Both the position numbers and the translations under genes were made by a program. Source: Eledone cirrhosa (Eukaryota). Taken from it: 64,000 bases of DNA. The notes below the pieces were generated by a model. The model was given only the letters and a program-made list of their open reading frames with translations, did no database searches and was not told the DNA's origin. The stretch lies in NCBI GenBank assembly GCA_964016885.1, contig OZ024743.1, positions 250,046,001 through 250,110,000 on the forward strand, in the 5' to 3' direction. Below, in pieces: positions 12,841 through 26,927 of this stretch. The first letter of the stretch is position 1, and every line of letters starts with the position of its first letter.

Positions 12841-13497
12841 GTGTATATATGTGTGTATTTGTGTGTATGTCAATAGAAGTATTTTAAGGCTAATTTAGGG
12901 GTTAGCTATGCAAGTCTATGGTAAGCTTCAAACCCATCATAGGATTTTTATTTGAAGCAATATTTTACAGTGAAATACTCTTCCTGACATGAAACTCATT
13001 TAGTTACCTCTTACAACTCACATAGATATGACATACCTATTCTAAATTTGAAACAAATAAACAAACAAAATGATACATTTATCATGGTCTCGATTTCAAA
13101 AGAAGACTGCAATGAAATGATCATAAAATAAACACATAGAGTAAAATACCAACAAGAGACTGGTCAAGTTCCTGAAAGAATGAGGAGGAGATAAAATAAA
13201 GCCAGAAGTGAACTATGCTTGTCGTAGCGTGAGAAGTAATTATATAAGCTGTCTCTAGCCTGCGACTTACGTATCAATACAATATAGGAATCATATTAGA
13301 GATGGCTCTATGGATGGATAATTTCATTTAATTTCCTTGTCTGTCTATCAATCTATTTAACCATCTGTCTTATTTATTAAATCTATTTTCTTTGTGGATT
13401 TTCTTGCACGGACATTTTATAATTTAAAACCAATGTACATACTCAACAAAATGTATCAATCTGTATTTGTATATATGTGTATGTATGTGTGTATATA

Positions 13498-13560
<63 letters not shown>

Positions 13561-14503
13561 TGTATATATATATAAGTATATGTATATCTCTGTATGTATG
13601 TACATATATATATACATGTATGTGTGTATATATATATATATATCTATGTATGTAAGTATATGTATATCTATGTATGTACATATATATATATACATGTTTG
13701 TGTGTTTGTGTGTGTGTGCATATATATATATATATATGTATAATGTGAGGAAGGTCTAGATTAAAGCTGTTATCTAAAGTTTGCTACACACAATTTTCAT
13801 CAAAGTACGACAGTTTGTCCGTGTTTGAAGACCAACTAAGATACACATGCTAAGTGGTTTACTGCTCTGTGATACCAATACAGAATCCACTACCATTCCA
13901 CAGAACAGGGAATCCTATCATTTGACCATTTTATAAACTTGAATTAAACTTTTCTGAATACAGATGAACATAAAATTACATATGGCAAGCTCAGCCAATC
14001 ATCATCATCTATAACATCATCATCATCATCATATTCATCAAGAGTCTTGCCAGATGACCTACTATTGCACAAATGTAACTCCAGAGCAACAAAACTCTCC
14101 ACTTACCCATAATAAAGAAAGACTATTATTAAATGCTACTTCAGTATTGAGTACTCATTCTTTCATCTGTCAAATTACACACACACACACACATATATTA
14201 TATATATATATATATTTTTTTAATGATTTTTTTATGACTGAATGACTGAAACAGTCCTGCAGAAGCCACTTCTTTAATAAAATAAAGAGGCCTATACTCT
14301 ATTAATATATTGAGCACTTTTTTAACTGTCGTCACCTCACCTCCTGATATACACTGAAAAGCCACTTATTGTATATATATATATATGTATATATATAGAG
14401 AGAGAGAGAACATCCATATGGATGTGATAACACAAGAGATCTTGGTGGTAGTATAAAGACACTTGGATCATACACATACACCTGACCACATACACTCACA
14501 CAA

Positions 14504-14536
<33 letters not shown>

Positions 14537-15396
14537 AGTGACATTAGGTTAACCTTTCCTAGCAGTTTCTGATATTCATTTCAAAGATATCAGATGGAAA
14601 TGAATTTCTTTCCCCAGAGACAATGTTTTGTCGAGAGAAAATACTTCTTATATCTCTCTCTGTATTATGTACATTACTTCAGTATATACAAGTTGAAATC
14701 TTATATATTTGCAACTCATAACCTGGCAAGTTAAGAGGACATCACTCATCTGTCTCAAGAGTGTTGAGATTATGTTCTATAATTTGTGTCCAGTCTGTTC
14801 ATAAACAAGGGACTTAAACTGTTTGTTATTGACCTGACAAAATCCACCTCTGGTTCTATGAAACAAAGCAATCCATTTTAAATGATTTTTATTTAAATTT
14901 AAAATCTAGCCTAATTTTATATAAGAGCCATACGTAACTATCTTAGTATAAAATAATTAATAATATTAATAAGCAATTCAAAATCTTTCATCAATTAATT
15001 AAAATAGAATGTATTTTATTGGAGATATTATCATGAAAAGGTTAACCATACAATACAAAACTCTTTGCATCTAAAAACCTTCCATCATAATTTTATGTAA
15101 GAGCTTTTTAAATTTTCCAAATACCAGTTTAATAATGAGAAAGTTAGCTATATTATTAAATCCCCCCCCCCCCCAATTCTTGATTCTTTACAAAATTATT
15201 TGAAAATAATAGGCAGTATCTTTCATCAGAAATATGGTGATGAAAGGGTTAATCGTGTATATTTTTAAAACAAATGGTTTTATGTGTTTCTATTTTCCAT
15301 TGACTTTTGACTGAAGCAAAGAATGAAATTTAAAATCTTTCTGTCTCTTGAATATTGATCAATCACCATAGAGTTGGCCATTTTTACTCAACTCAC

Positions 15397-15418
15397 CAAC
15401 AAACCTGGTTGTTGCTAT
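15397..15418 (-). other. Candidate 22-nt micro-exon
   Basis: Minus strand: ccttcctctgcattgcAG|ATAGCAACAACCAGGTTTGTTG|GTgagt. Splice signals only. Confidence 0.25.
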
Positions 15419-15831
15419 CTGCAATGCAGAGGAAGGTTAATTCAGTCATTCATAATTTTGTGTCACAAAGCAAGGGGCAATTTCAGGCACTTTGGTACCA
15501 AAAGGGTTAGATTTTGTAATCAAGATTCAGATAAGATTAAATATACAAAATTAAAAGCAATATTTTCAATCCTAAAAATACATTACTTCAGTTCAGAAAT
15601 TACTAGATTCTAAAGTTTTCACTGCTAAAAATATACATTAAAATCTCATATATATTATTAATCCAATATTTCAGATTTGACTTGTCAATGGAATTACTTT
15701 ATTCATGCATTAGTAAATAAATCAAAATTAATATCAATATTTTCCCGTCAGTAACTGATGATTTATGGTTTAACTTCATATATTTAAAAAAAAATTTGTC
15801 TTTGTAATTTTTTAACCAGAATTTTGCTACA

Positions 15832-15992
15832 GTATTTGTCATCTGTAGCATGGTTTTTATTCCAATTTAGGCATCAACTGTCACCTGTATCATGGTTTTT
15901 ATCCCAAGTTGGGCACCAGTTATCATCAGTAGCATGGTTTTTATTCCAATCTCAGCACCAGCTGTCACCCACGGTTCTGACTCCAATTTGAA
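15832..15992. repeat. ~41-bp tandem repeat, ~4 degenerate units
   Basis: gtcatctgtagcatggtttttattccaatt...gcac/tca recurs. Confidence 0.8.
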
Positions 15993-16074
15993 GCTACTTT
16001 ACTTCATAACAAACCAATGAATGTCACAGTTTTTAATACACACTCTTTCAACAACTGCCTGGTTTAGAAGTTAA

Positions 16075-16343
16075 ATGTGTGACCTAGTAGTTAAGATGCT
16101 GGACTTACAATCATAATGTTATGGGTTCGATTTCTGGATTGTTATGTGCTTGAGCAAAATACTTCATTTCATGTTGCTCCAGTATACTCATCTGAAAATG
16201 AGACCAGCAGTAGCTGGGGGTTTAACCTTGTAATGGATTGGTGTCCTGTCAAGAGAAGAGTCATGTACTCTCAGTCGCTTAATGCTAGGGAAACCAGGAT
16301 AAGTAGTAGCCTAAGGAGCCTCTGGGCTCGAGGCAGACTTTAA
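16075..16343 (+). mobile_element. tRNA-derived SINE with family-B head and core but a different (non-RTE) tail
   Basis: A box TGACCTAGTAG, B box GGTTCGATTTC, core cttgagcaaaatacttcatttcatgttgctccagtatactcatctgaaaatgag. Tail ...tgctagggaaaccaggataag...ggctcgaggcagacttta. Confidence 0.75.
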
Positions 16344-18664
16344 ACATTTTTTTAAGTGCCTCACTTAAAATTTCACTGTGTCACACAAATTTAGGCAAAC
16401 AAGCAACAGCTTAAAGTCTTTAAATAGAGCCACATGGACTTAAACATAAACAAACTATTGCTTAGTGTCTCATAGAGGGTCACACAGGTTTAGGAAAACA
16501 AGCAGCATCTTAGGTCCCTAAAAATCCACAGAAGTTTCCAAATAATTAAAAGCATTATGTTTTCAATTTTTGCTGTAAATGTTTAATAGGAGGCATTTAA
16601 TCTTTATATAGTTAAGGTCCTCCCTAAGATTAAATCCAGCATTAATGGCTTTCCCATCTTAAGCTCTTGTTACAGATCACTACTGAAATTCCATACATAT
16701 ATTATGTTTTGAAATTCAGTACCAGATTAAAAAACAACCACAGCTATCACTTGCAATCGAGTATGACTTGGTAATATGTACCATACTTTTGCTAAGGGTT
16801 TTAGGTCCCCATGCATTCGCAAGCAGACTCAAACACCCTTTCAACCCACCCCCCACTCTTGATTGAGCAAAACATCCAGGATGTGACAAATGGAAGCAGA
16901 GAGGGCTGCACCAGCACTAGACTAGTACTTTGTTTATCAACCTTGAAAGGATGAAAAACAAAGTAGACCTTAGCAGGATTAGAACTCAGAACACAGAAGA
17001 TGAAATATCCAATGCTCTGTTACATCTATCGTCTCAGTAGTGTCATATTTAGACATATGCTTTAAACCCATAAGGGCCACAATATAATTAAAAAGGTATT
17101 GATTTACTTTTATACTGGTTTCAATCATTAGATTGTGGCCATGTAAGGGCACTGCCTTGAATTTTATTACCATTTTCCTTTAAAACAACAAAACAAAACA
17201 AAAAGCTATTCCTCACATCAAAAGTACTCCACTAAAAGAAATCATGATTATTTAAAAAGGGAGAAAGAAAAAACAATTTAACAAGAACCACCACCACCAC
17301 CACCACCACCACCACCACCACCACCACCACCACCACCACAATCATTGCTACTACTACTACATGATTTCAATAACCACTATCATTTATCTTCTCTCTCTTT
17401 TTTTCTCTCTCCCAACCTTCTCCACATCTTCTAACTTGTGACTTTTAGTATTATAATTATAATTACTGACTAAATTGGATGTGATGGAGATGATGGTGAT
17501 AGTGATTATGGTGATGATGACAACAATGATAATGATGATAACAAGGGGGATGTTGCTGCTGACAACAATGATGATGATGACAATGGTGATATTGATGATG
17601 ACAATGATGATGATGATCATTACTATGGTGATGATGACAACGATGATGATGATTAAATGTGGCAGTGATTTATAATTAATTCAGTTTTGACAACAATGTG
17701 ACTCAAGGTTGCTGCAAATTACTGTTTCATTTGTCTTTCAAAAGTGTAACACACCTCTACCTTCTTCCTACAACCACTACTACCACCACCACCATACTAT
17801 GTACACCACCACAACTACCACTATTACATTACCTTCACCAAATTCACCACCATCTTATAAAATACCCTTACCCCACTAACCACATCACTTTCAGCACCCC
17901 CACAACTACATCACCACCACCACCACACAAAATCATTCAGGTGAGTTAAATTCTTTTAATGTGTCTTAACATTTCTTTGTTTTCACCTTTTGTGTGTGGG
18001 TGTGCAGGGGTGTTTGACTGCTTGCATGCTTACATATGTGTGTGTGTGTATGTGCTTGAATGCTTGCCTGTTTGTGTGTATGTGTGAGTGTGCTTGAATG
18101 CTTACATGGTTGTGTGTATGTGTGAAAATGTGAGTGAGCATGTACTTCTCTGCCTGCTTGCATGCTTTTGTATGTATGTGAGTGTTGGTGTGTATATCTG
18201 TATATTTGTGTGTGTTAGACTTGCATGATTGTGTGAGTGTATAATCCCCATGTGTGATAGCATGTGTGTGTATATCTATATGCATGAAAGTGAGTATATA
18301 TTTGTGAGAGCATGTGATTATATATCTATGTGTGAAAGTGTCTAAGTGTGTGTGTATATCTGAGAGTGTGTGAGTGTATATCGGTATGTGTGGAAGTTTG
18401 TGAGTGTATATCTGTATTTGAGAGTGTAAGTGCATATCTATGTGTATGTGATTATCTTTTATTTATTTTTGGTATTATCTTTTGTTTTGTTTTTCACCTC
18501 CTCCTCCACACTTTCCACTACACATTTTCTTAATATATTTGAACTCAGATATAACAACTAGAAAATGACTGTTTACTACTTTGTACAATTATATTTCTAT
18601 TTCTATATTATACTTATTGCATTGTATTTTATTTTTGAAGTGTATTTATTTATTATGGGAAACT

Positions 18665-18870
18665 ATGGACACCAGAAACTGTAGTGAAAGCACTGTGTCT
18701 AAGAAAGAAGTGACTCCAAATAAATTACTTGTTAAAGGCAACCTGTCTAGGGAATAAGTGACACCAAATAAATATTTCTGCAGAGGAGATGGACGCCCTA
18801 AGCAACATACATAGGAGGGCTGTGACTCTGAAAATGAAGTGACAAAGAGTAGAGGAAACACCGCCAAGAC
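18665..18870. repeat. Dispersed ~60-bp satellite unit (ggactctgtaagttgtagtgaaggcaacctgtctaggag..gtgactc.gaataaata); further arrays at 20085-20235 and 28908-29220
   Basis: The aaggcaacctgtcta...aataaat motif repeats 3-5 times in each of three separate arrays. Confidence 0.75.
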
Positions 18871-19437
18871 AACCACTCTAGTTAGTTCTGGTGGCATGAT
18901 AAAATACGCCCAATGCCACACTGTAAGGTGGTTGATGATAGGAAGGGCATCCAGCTAAAAAAAAACCCATGCAAAAACTATGATAAACACAATCTACATT
19001 ATAAACTCACCTAACCCATGAAGACATGAATAAATAAATGTAAAAATGATGATGATGGTGATGGGTACATTATATTATGTATTTTCTATTATCTTACATA
19101 TTTCTTATTTATTTATTTACTGAAATTTTCATCTATTTATAATTTATTCATTTATATGTTTATTTTATGTTTTTTTTTTGTTTTTGTTTTTATTTAGTTT
19201 TCTTTATTTTTTTCTTTATCCCCCTTAACAAAAAAATCCTCCAATTGAGTCACAAAACAATCTAATCAACTCCAAAATTCCCAAAGTGGATATTATTTTC
19301 AGTTGTTGTTTGTGATTTGCAACACTAATTTAACCTCCCAATTACTTCACACAATCACTGTCTAAAATGTTGCTACCTTTTATAACACACAACATATATA
19401 TGTGTATGTGTGTGTGCATATGCACAGACACACATAC

Positions 19438-19509
<72 letters not shown>

Positions 19510-20339
19510 CCAACAAACAGTAACACTCCTTGTTTAACTAGTTCGGTGTCACGCTTGACTATTCTCAGAGGTGGAAGGAGGGATGGTGGTGATGGTTGTG
19601 GTGGGGGTGTTATAATGGTGATAGAGGAGTTGGTGGTGGTTGTGGTGTTAATAGTGATAGTAGAAGTGGTGGTGTTGGTAGTGTTAGCAATGATGGTGGT
19701 AGTGGAGAACTGAAACAAGTCTAAAATCACTGACTTTATTTAGCAACATTATTGTTATTTTTTGTTTGTTTCTTTTTTCATTTTTTTTTTTACCTTGTTC
19801 AGTTTAAACAGAGTGGGAGAGATGGTTGGCCTAAATGGTTTTTAGAATTTGGAGGAAATTAACAATGTGTAAAATTTGTTTATCAAAACACCCATCAAAC
19901 AAATGAGCACCGTTTAGTTAATAAAAACTCCACCCTAACCCCGAATAAAATAATGAATAAATAAAATAATGACAACATCACCAACCAACCAATGAACCAA
20001 TCACATGGCACAAACTGCAAACAGACAGTAAACTGCATTTTCTAGAAAGCTTAAACTAAGAACTTTTAAAGTATCAAGGATATGTGGACTTCATAAGCCA
20101 CAATGAAAGCAACCTGTCTAAGAGAGAAGTAACTCTGAATATATACTTTCATAGAAGATATATGGACAGTCAAAACTGTAATGAAGGCAACCTATCCAGG
20201 GAAGATGTGACTTTAAATAAATATTTGTGTGAAGTATACATGGTTTAAGTTCTAAGTTCATCTCAATTGTTGAGAAACAGGGATTGTTTTTCATTGTTTT
20301 AATCAAAAATAGGGGGCAGTTCTGTTTACTCTTTCCAGG

Positions 20340-20940
20340 CAGGGCTGGATTTATTCAGGTGGGAGAGGTGGGGCAGTGGGGAAATGATTTGGGCCTCTTC
20401 ATTAAACAGGGACCCTCTTTCCCAAATGGGTCCCCATTTCAAACAGAGCTCCTGCTACCTTTTAAGAATGGGGCCTTGACCATAAACATAATTTTATCTT
20501 TTAGAGAGTATATTTTTTTAAATGTAATTGATGTCACTTTTGTGTCAATTTATTAAAATTTCTTTTCTTTAGTGATACCAGTTGGTGAAAGTAGGGGAAG
20601 CTGCTGTATATGCTGTATAAGAATGCATGTGTATGAGTGTATGTACATGTATATGTATAGCTTATGAAGGATGGTGCTTGATGTGTATATATATTTATGT
20701 GTGTTTATGTGTGGTTATATGCTCACGTTTGTGTGTGTCTATGTACACAATGACAATTCCTTTGCTCTCTCCATTAATTGACCTCATGACCTGGTAGTGG
20801 TCTGATGTATTTGAAGAAATTCAAATCTTCCTGCTTATATGTGTATAAAGATATACATACATACACACATATGTGTGTGTGTGTTGTTATATGAGAGGCT
20901 CACCACTGCTTAGACCCTCCAAGGTCTAAATTTGGCCCTG
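20340..20940. mobile_element. Old hAT-type MITE
   Basis: TIRs CAGGGCTGGATTTA / TAAATTTGGCCCTG match at 11/14, with transitions at a CCGG. 8-bp flanks tttccagg / tctccatg match at 6/8. Confidence 0.6.
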
Positions 20941-22635
20941 TCTCCATGGCCTCTAAGATTGTTATGAGGGAGGGAAGAAAGTATATTTGAACTAGAGACC
21001 TGGTCCAAATGCTTGCTACAGGCACCAAAGGGTCAGATGGTGGTTTTCAACTGGACAATATGACAAGTCTACTATACAATTAGTCAAATACATTAAATTG
21101 CATACAGGCATTGATATTTACTGAAAGAATAGAAAGTAAAATAAAAATGAAATCCATTAAAATTGTATAACTCTATTATTAATCAAAATTATGTTAACAA
21201 AGCATCAATTAAATGAGATAATTATTAATATAATTTTCCCTATAAATACATATATTTTTTGTTTTTTGTTTTTGTTTTATTTAAATGATCCTCAGAGGCT
21301 TTCTTTGGTATTGTTACGAGTTGAAATTTTCACTTTTCAAAACGACATAAATTATAACTCCATGATAAAAGAGGTTTGTTTGTTGATTAGAAAGTCAGAG
21401 TTCATTTCAACAGAGTGGCTGTGATAAATGTGGTCAGAATGCTGGAGTTCTGAATTCAATTTACATTGGTTACAATAGTTATTCAGCTGAAACAATTTAT
21501 TCCTCTATTGCATGTAAACGTATACTTAATCTACTGTCTATGGAATCAGTTAATTCCCAAAGTATGCTAGTTAAAAAACAAAATAATAATTTCAACTCAA
21601 TTATTGCAGGAACTAACATATCAACCTGGAATGAGATTTCTACTTTAGATAAACTCTCTATGTAAAATATTCTCATTATTGAAGAGATTCTAAGTGGGTG
21701 TTTCAGTGAAGAAATGGTTTTGGTAATGGGTTCTGTGGCACTATTTCACCTCTATATATGAAATTGTCTCAAAAGTGAAAAAAGGTGTGAAATAAACTTT
21801 ATATATAGCACCAAAGTTTTGAGGTGAAAGTGAATTGCTATTTAACTTTAGGTGATTACAGAATATATATTATGATGGATCTTTTAGCTTCAATGATGAG
21901 TATTCAGTTGTTCGATCAAATGGTCATCATACTCATTAAATTAACATCTAATTGACTGAGCATTCCACATTCACCTTTAGTGTAATTCCAAAGCTGAATC
22001 ATTATAATGCAATATATGACAAGGTTGGACATGTGAATTACAGGTACAGTCTACCTAATGATTCACAACTGTTCACAACAATAGAATGGTACTTTATATA
22101 GTAACTCTGGAAGAATGAAAGGCAAAGTTGACCTCAGATCCAGAATAGATACCATAAGATATTTTTTCCTTTAGTGATCCTGCCAATTCATTATTTCAAT
22201 CCCCAATACATTGAATAACTAAAGAATATCATGTTTATTGTTGATAACAGTAGAAAGTAGGTCTGTAAGAAGCTGTGATAAAGGTAGGATAAATAAAGAC
22301 ACAGGAAGATGTTGTGGGGTCAGATTTGAGAATGTTTGGCCTTGTAAAGGAAATGGCAGAGATCTGAGATGAGCCCAGCCAACCAGCCATCCAATGCCAA
22401 CAGTGGAATACCAAATATGTACAGTTTCATTATAAAGACAACAATAACAATAATTGCAATCACAATTGCTTATGGTTTTCTCAACCATAACTGATTAAGT
22501 TACTCTGTCTATATTGTTCTCTCTCTCTCTTTTTTTTCTTCTTTTTACTCTCTATAATATATATTTCAAAGGACTGCCAACATCTCTACCACTACTTTGT
22601 ACGATTAAATACACACAGACACACACATATATGTA

Positions 22636-22672
<37 letters not shown>

Positions 22673-22944
22673 TGATTGTAACGCCCAGTTACTGTAGGTA
22701 CACCAGAGTGAGCACTCAATGAGTAGTTTCCACTAGGTATATATAAATATATATAAGAAATTACTTTGAATGTAATATAATACACACATATATATATATA
22801 TATAAAACTACATCTCATAATTGTTTGAACATCTGATGATGTCACATGAAGACTGTCAATGGTGTAAGCATTACATGATTACTAACCTTGTCATTGAAAT
22901 ATATATACAATAAAACAAGTAAAATAACTGTCTTGAAAATATTT

Positions 22945-22991
<47 letters not shown>

Positions 22992-22994
22992 ATC

Positions 22995-23113
22995 TAAGGC
23001 GGGTAAAATTCCCGAGATCCATGGACGAGTTCTCTCCAGCGGTCTCTGTCCCTCATTATCGCTGCCATGTCCTGCGTCTCCAACAGACCAGTGTCTGTCC
23101 TTAGGGCATCAAC
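22995..23113 (-). mobile_element. Short 3' fragment of a second RTE-like family, inserted in (TA)n
   Basis: Minus frame VDALRTDTGLLETQDMAAIMRDRDRWRELVHGSREFYPP* carries the D..DR..WR C-terminal motif. CpG-rich and TA-flanked. Confidence 0.75.
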
Positions 23114-23144
23114 ATATATATATATATATTTATATATATATATA

Positions 23145-24067
23145 AGAATTAAAATACTAGAGTGCGTTGGAGTAAAACACACTCGTCATATTATAGAAAT
23201 GACAGTATAGGTATAGCTCAATGTAATACAACAGAGCCGAAAAATTATATTTAATGTATTTTATGTCTGATTTTTAAGGTACTGTTTTGTTATATTTTAT
23301 AATACTTTGTAATATTTTATAAATGTATACTGCATATACCCCTATATACTTATTATCAATACTTTATGTACTTATGTATTTATGTATATATATATATTTT
23401 TCAACATACTCCAGTTTTATTAAGATATTTTTTCTTGCCCTGTGTATAACTTTATATACAACTTGTTGACATTAAGTGATATGTTTGATGTAGTTTTGTA
23501 TATTTTCGATGTCTGTATATTATTATATTATTTCTTGTATTGCTTATTTTTTGTATAGTTTATTTTTTGTATAGTTTATGCGCACCGTCAGGGTGTTTTT
23601 ATTTTATATTATAAAGAGTATATTTATACTTATTAAGTGTTAGTATGTGTTTGTGTAAATGTATGTATATATATATATGGATATATATATATATATACAT
23701 GTATTAAGCTTTATTACCCATTATATTGTATTGTAATTCTCATATTATATTACCATGTTGTATTTAATGTATTTGTATCATACTGTAATTTCAACGTTGG
23801 TTTGACATTTTACTCACTTCCTTGCCATATAATCTATTTTTGTAACTGCAAACTTTTAGCTTTAGCATGCTTTTCCTTCATATCTCTCATAAGCTTTCAT
23901 AGATACGAATGCCCTATTCTTCTGACTTTTGGCTTGTTCTGGCCGTTAATGCTTCTTATCTGTTTAATGGCCCTGATGAGTCCTTATTAATGGGACGAAA
24001 CATTGTAGGCTAATAAAGACTTTTGATGTATTGAAGGCTTCTTTGTCTATTTTTATAATTTTTTATA

Positions 24068-24068
<1 letters not shown>
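23145..24068 (+). mobile_element. 5'-truncated Penelope-like element (GIY-YIG C-terminal remnant, AT-rich 3' region, hammerhead, polyA signal) between (TA)n tracts
   Basis: First bases translate to RIKILECVGVKHTRHIIEMTV*V*LNV, resembling the degenerate IL...R..E...LN end of PLE GIY-YIG. Hammerhead at 23968-24012, AATAAA at 24012-24017. Confidence 0.65.
23968..24012 (+). ncRNA. Minimal type I hammerhead ribozyme
   Basis: TGGCC-CTGATGA-GTCC(ttattaatg)GGAC-GAAA-C(att)G-TA-GGCTA. Complete CUGAUGA/GAAA core, stems I and II pair, very short stem III, GUA cleavage triplet. Confidence 0.8.
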
Positions 24069-24105
<37 letters not shown>

Positions 24106-24844
24106 ATTTATATATATATATATATGACTATGTGTTTAAAAAATACTGTTGAATTCAAACCTTAATTGAATGAGCAGTCAATACTGAAGGATAGAGTGTA
24201 GAAATATGCTTTCTAGGTAGAAAAGTGACAATGTCCCCAAAATAGCTTTCACCAACGTTGACCCTATATAAAGCTCAAGATAACAGATTACTGCTTACAT
24301 ATATATTTATTTAATTTTTTAATTGCATTCTTATCATGATCACCATCTCTATTATTATATCTTTTTGTTCATATTCACGATATCTATTATAAGTAATATC
24401 ACTTTACATCTACATCGATTTGATATCCTATAGTTTTGTCATGAATAAAACTTCCTTTTGTATACACACACATATGTATAATATATATAAACACGTACAT
24501 ATAAACATATATTCACATATATATAAACATGCATACACATCATGTATATATATACACACACATACATACACACACAAACATGAATCGTATAAATATATAT
24601 ATATATACACACACACATACACAAATAAGAATCGTATATATATATACACATACACACAAACATGAATCTTATATATATATACACACAAACATGAATCTGA
24701 TATATATATATATATACATACATAAACATGAATCTTATATACATATACACATATATATATATGTATCTATATCATCATCATTTAAAGTTGGTTTTCCCTG
24801 CTAGCATATGTGTAATGTATGTACTCCTGTAGTGTTACACTTAC

Positions 24845-24888
24845 TAACTGAATAAAAAGCTGAGAAGAACGCTCAGTGTAACATATTT
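24845..24888 (-). other. Candidate 44-nt exon
   Basis: Minus strand: >60-nt polypyrimidine tract ...tttgcttgttAG|AAATATG...CAGTTA|GTaagt. Two frames are open (KYVTLSVLLSFLFS or ICYTERSSQLFIQL). Confidence 0.4.
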
Positions 24889-25486
24889 CTAACAAGCAAA
24901 GATAAAGGGAAACAAAATAAATAGACAAGACAAGACAAGAAGACAAGAAAGACATTGTAAACCAATTTTCAATTACTTTTACATTGATATTTCTTTTATG
25001 GTTTCTCTTCTCGTCTTTCTTCTTTTTCTTTTTCAAATTAAGATTATCTTCTGTTGCTGCTCCCACAAGTTTTTTTTTCTGTGTGATTGCAATTGTATGC
25101 TTGCAGCTAAGATGTAAAAGAAAGATGCACCAAGCAGCCTCAGCTTTCTTTCATGCATGTGCAGCATTGCTGTGCAGTTATCAAAGCAATAGGGAAAAAA
25201 TACTCATACTATATCTGTATTTATTTCTATACAAATTCTAGAAATTGATTTATTATGAAAATTCTAAGTTATGAAAGGAAGAAGAAAAACAAACAAACCC
25301 CACCCCTGCAAAAAAAAAAGAAAGAAAAATTGACAATTTTCATATAATGTAGTGTATTTGATAAATAAATCTAGCTGTAGAGAAGATAATAGATTATATA
25401 TTAGTTTTAGTAATGATTTAAATAGCTGACTACACAGGATTCTAATGCATATTTAGTTTAGTTTGAAAAAAAAATTTGTATAAAAG

Positions 25487-25634
25487 GTGCAGCCATGACA
25501 GTGTGGTTTAAGAGATTGTTTTACAACCACATAGTTTCAGGTTCAGTCACACTGTGAGTCACTTTGACTAAGTGTTTTCTACTATAGCCTTGTGAATTAA
25601 TTTTGATAGATGGAAACTGTGCAAAAATCCATCA
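25487..25634 (+). mobile_element. Degenerate tRNA-derived SINE (family C)
   Basis: ...tgtggtttaagagattg..acaaccacatagtttcaggttcagtcacactg...ttctactatagccttgtgaa...gatggaaactg. Homologues at 8508, 49148 and 63105. Confidence 0.7.
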
Positions 25635-25864
25635 TATATATATGTACACATTAATAGGCAGCATTGAGATGCAAACTTTCTTATGCTGCCAATGATATCT
25701 CAACATCACCATGTGGCCTAAAACGACCAATAGAGTTTCTTAGTAGCATGGCAACAAAACTCCATCCATTTTACTTTTCTGAAATGGACCTGGTGATTTA
25801 GACCTATTTTTAGCTTGACATCACAGGTAGTCCAAAGTGATGTCAAACTGTTAATATGTATATA

Positions 25865-26000
25865 TGCAAAAAGTAAACGAAACACCAAAGCAAACAACAC
25901 AGTACAATTAAGAAATATGTTAGTTTAATGCTTGATATTGTAAGAAAAGAGTCTTTACGTTTTGGACACAAGTCCTTCATCAGACGATAGAAAGAAGAAT
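25865..26000 (-). mobile_element. Degenerate hammerhead-bearing repeat, homologous to 62500-62625 (+)
   Basis: The reverse complement ttctatcgtCTGATGAaggacttgtgtcc-AAACgtaaagactcttttc..aagcattaaactaa aligns with ttctatcttCTGATGAagtactaatgtctGAAAtgttgagactcttttc..aagcattaaactaa. Confidence 0.65.
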
Positions 26001-26927
26001 AAAAGATAGAAAGTGAGAAGAAGAAGGAAAGGAAAAAAGGCTTTAAGCAAAAGCATTTGTGTATTCATTATTTCATTTCCCTGAGCGTGCATCTGTGAGT
26101 GTATTCATGTGTTTTTACTTTTATTGTTTGTTTATGTCCTGTAATTTAGCAGTTTGACAAAAAGAAATCAATAAAAGTAATACCAAATTTGAAACGAAAT
26201 AAGTACTGGTGCCAATATGATGGAATAAATCCCTAATGACTGAAACTGATATAAAAGAATATAAATAATAATTAAAAAATAAAATTAAAAAAAAAATGCT
26301 GATAACTTGAAAATATGAAAAATATTGGGTGAGAAATTATATGTGGTACAAGTGAATAAAAGAATTGGATTAATTTTATTTTAAAATCTAATTTTCATGT
26401 TATTTTAGGAAAGAGAGAAGGGGTAGGGGGAGGAGGTAGTGAGAAAAGGTAGGGTAATTTTAAAAAGTCTTTGAATCATTTTTATTAGAAATATTAAAAA
26501 TGGAAATTAAAAATTCTTGCAGCTGCTCCCACTATTATTGGAGTGTATGGATATTTTCTTAAGAATTTTTAATTATGATGACATTTTTGAAAATTTTCTT
26601 TCTTTCTACTATGTGGACACTTTATCAAGACATCAGACATATTTAGATTTTAGCTAACAACAATACCAAGAGGTCTGTTTTTTTAAGTGTGTTTTATTAC
26701 AGAAAATATTCTGATAGATTGGTCTTAAAATTTTGTGGCTGTGATTCTTAAATAACAGTTGTCGGAAGATTATTTTAACCATTCTGATACGAAACTAACA
26801 TAAACTACCCCTGTCAACCTACAATACAAAGTTGTTTGGCTTAAAATGTTCATATTCACCTAAAGATCTTCCATCATATTGTTTTAAAGAACCTGTTAAA
26901 TTATGTTTCAAACACCAGATAAATAAT

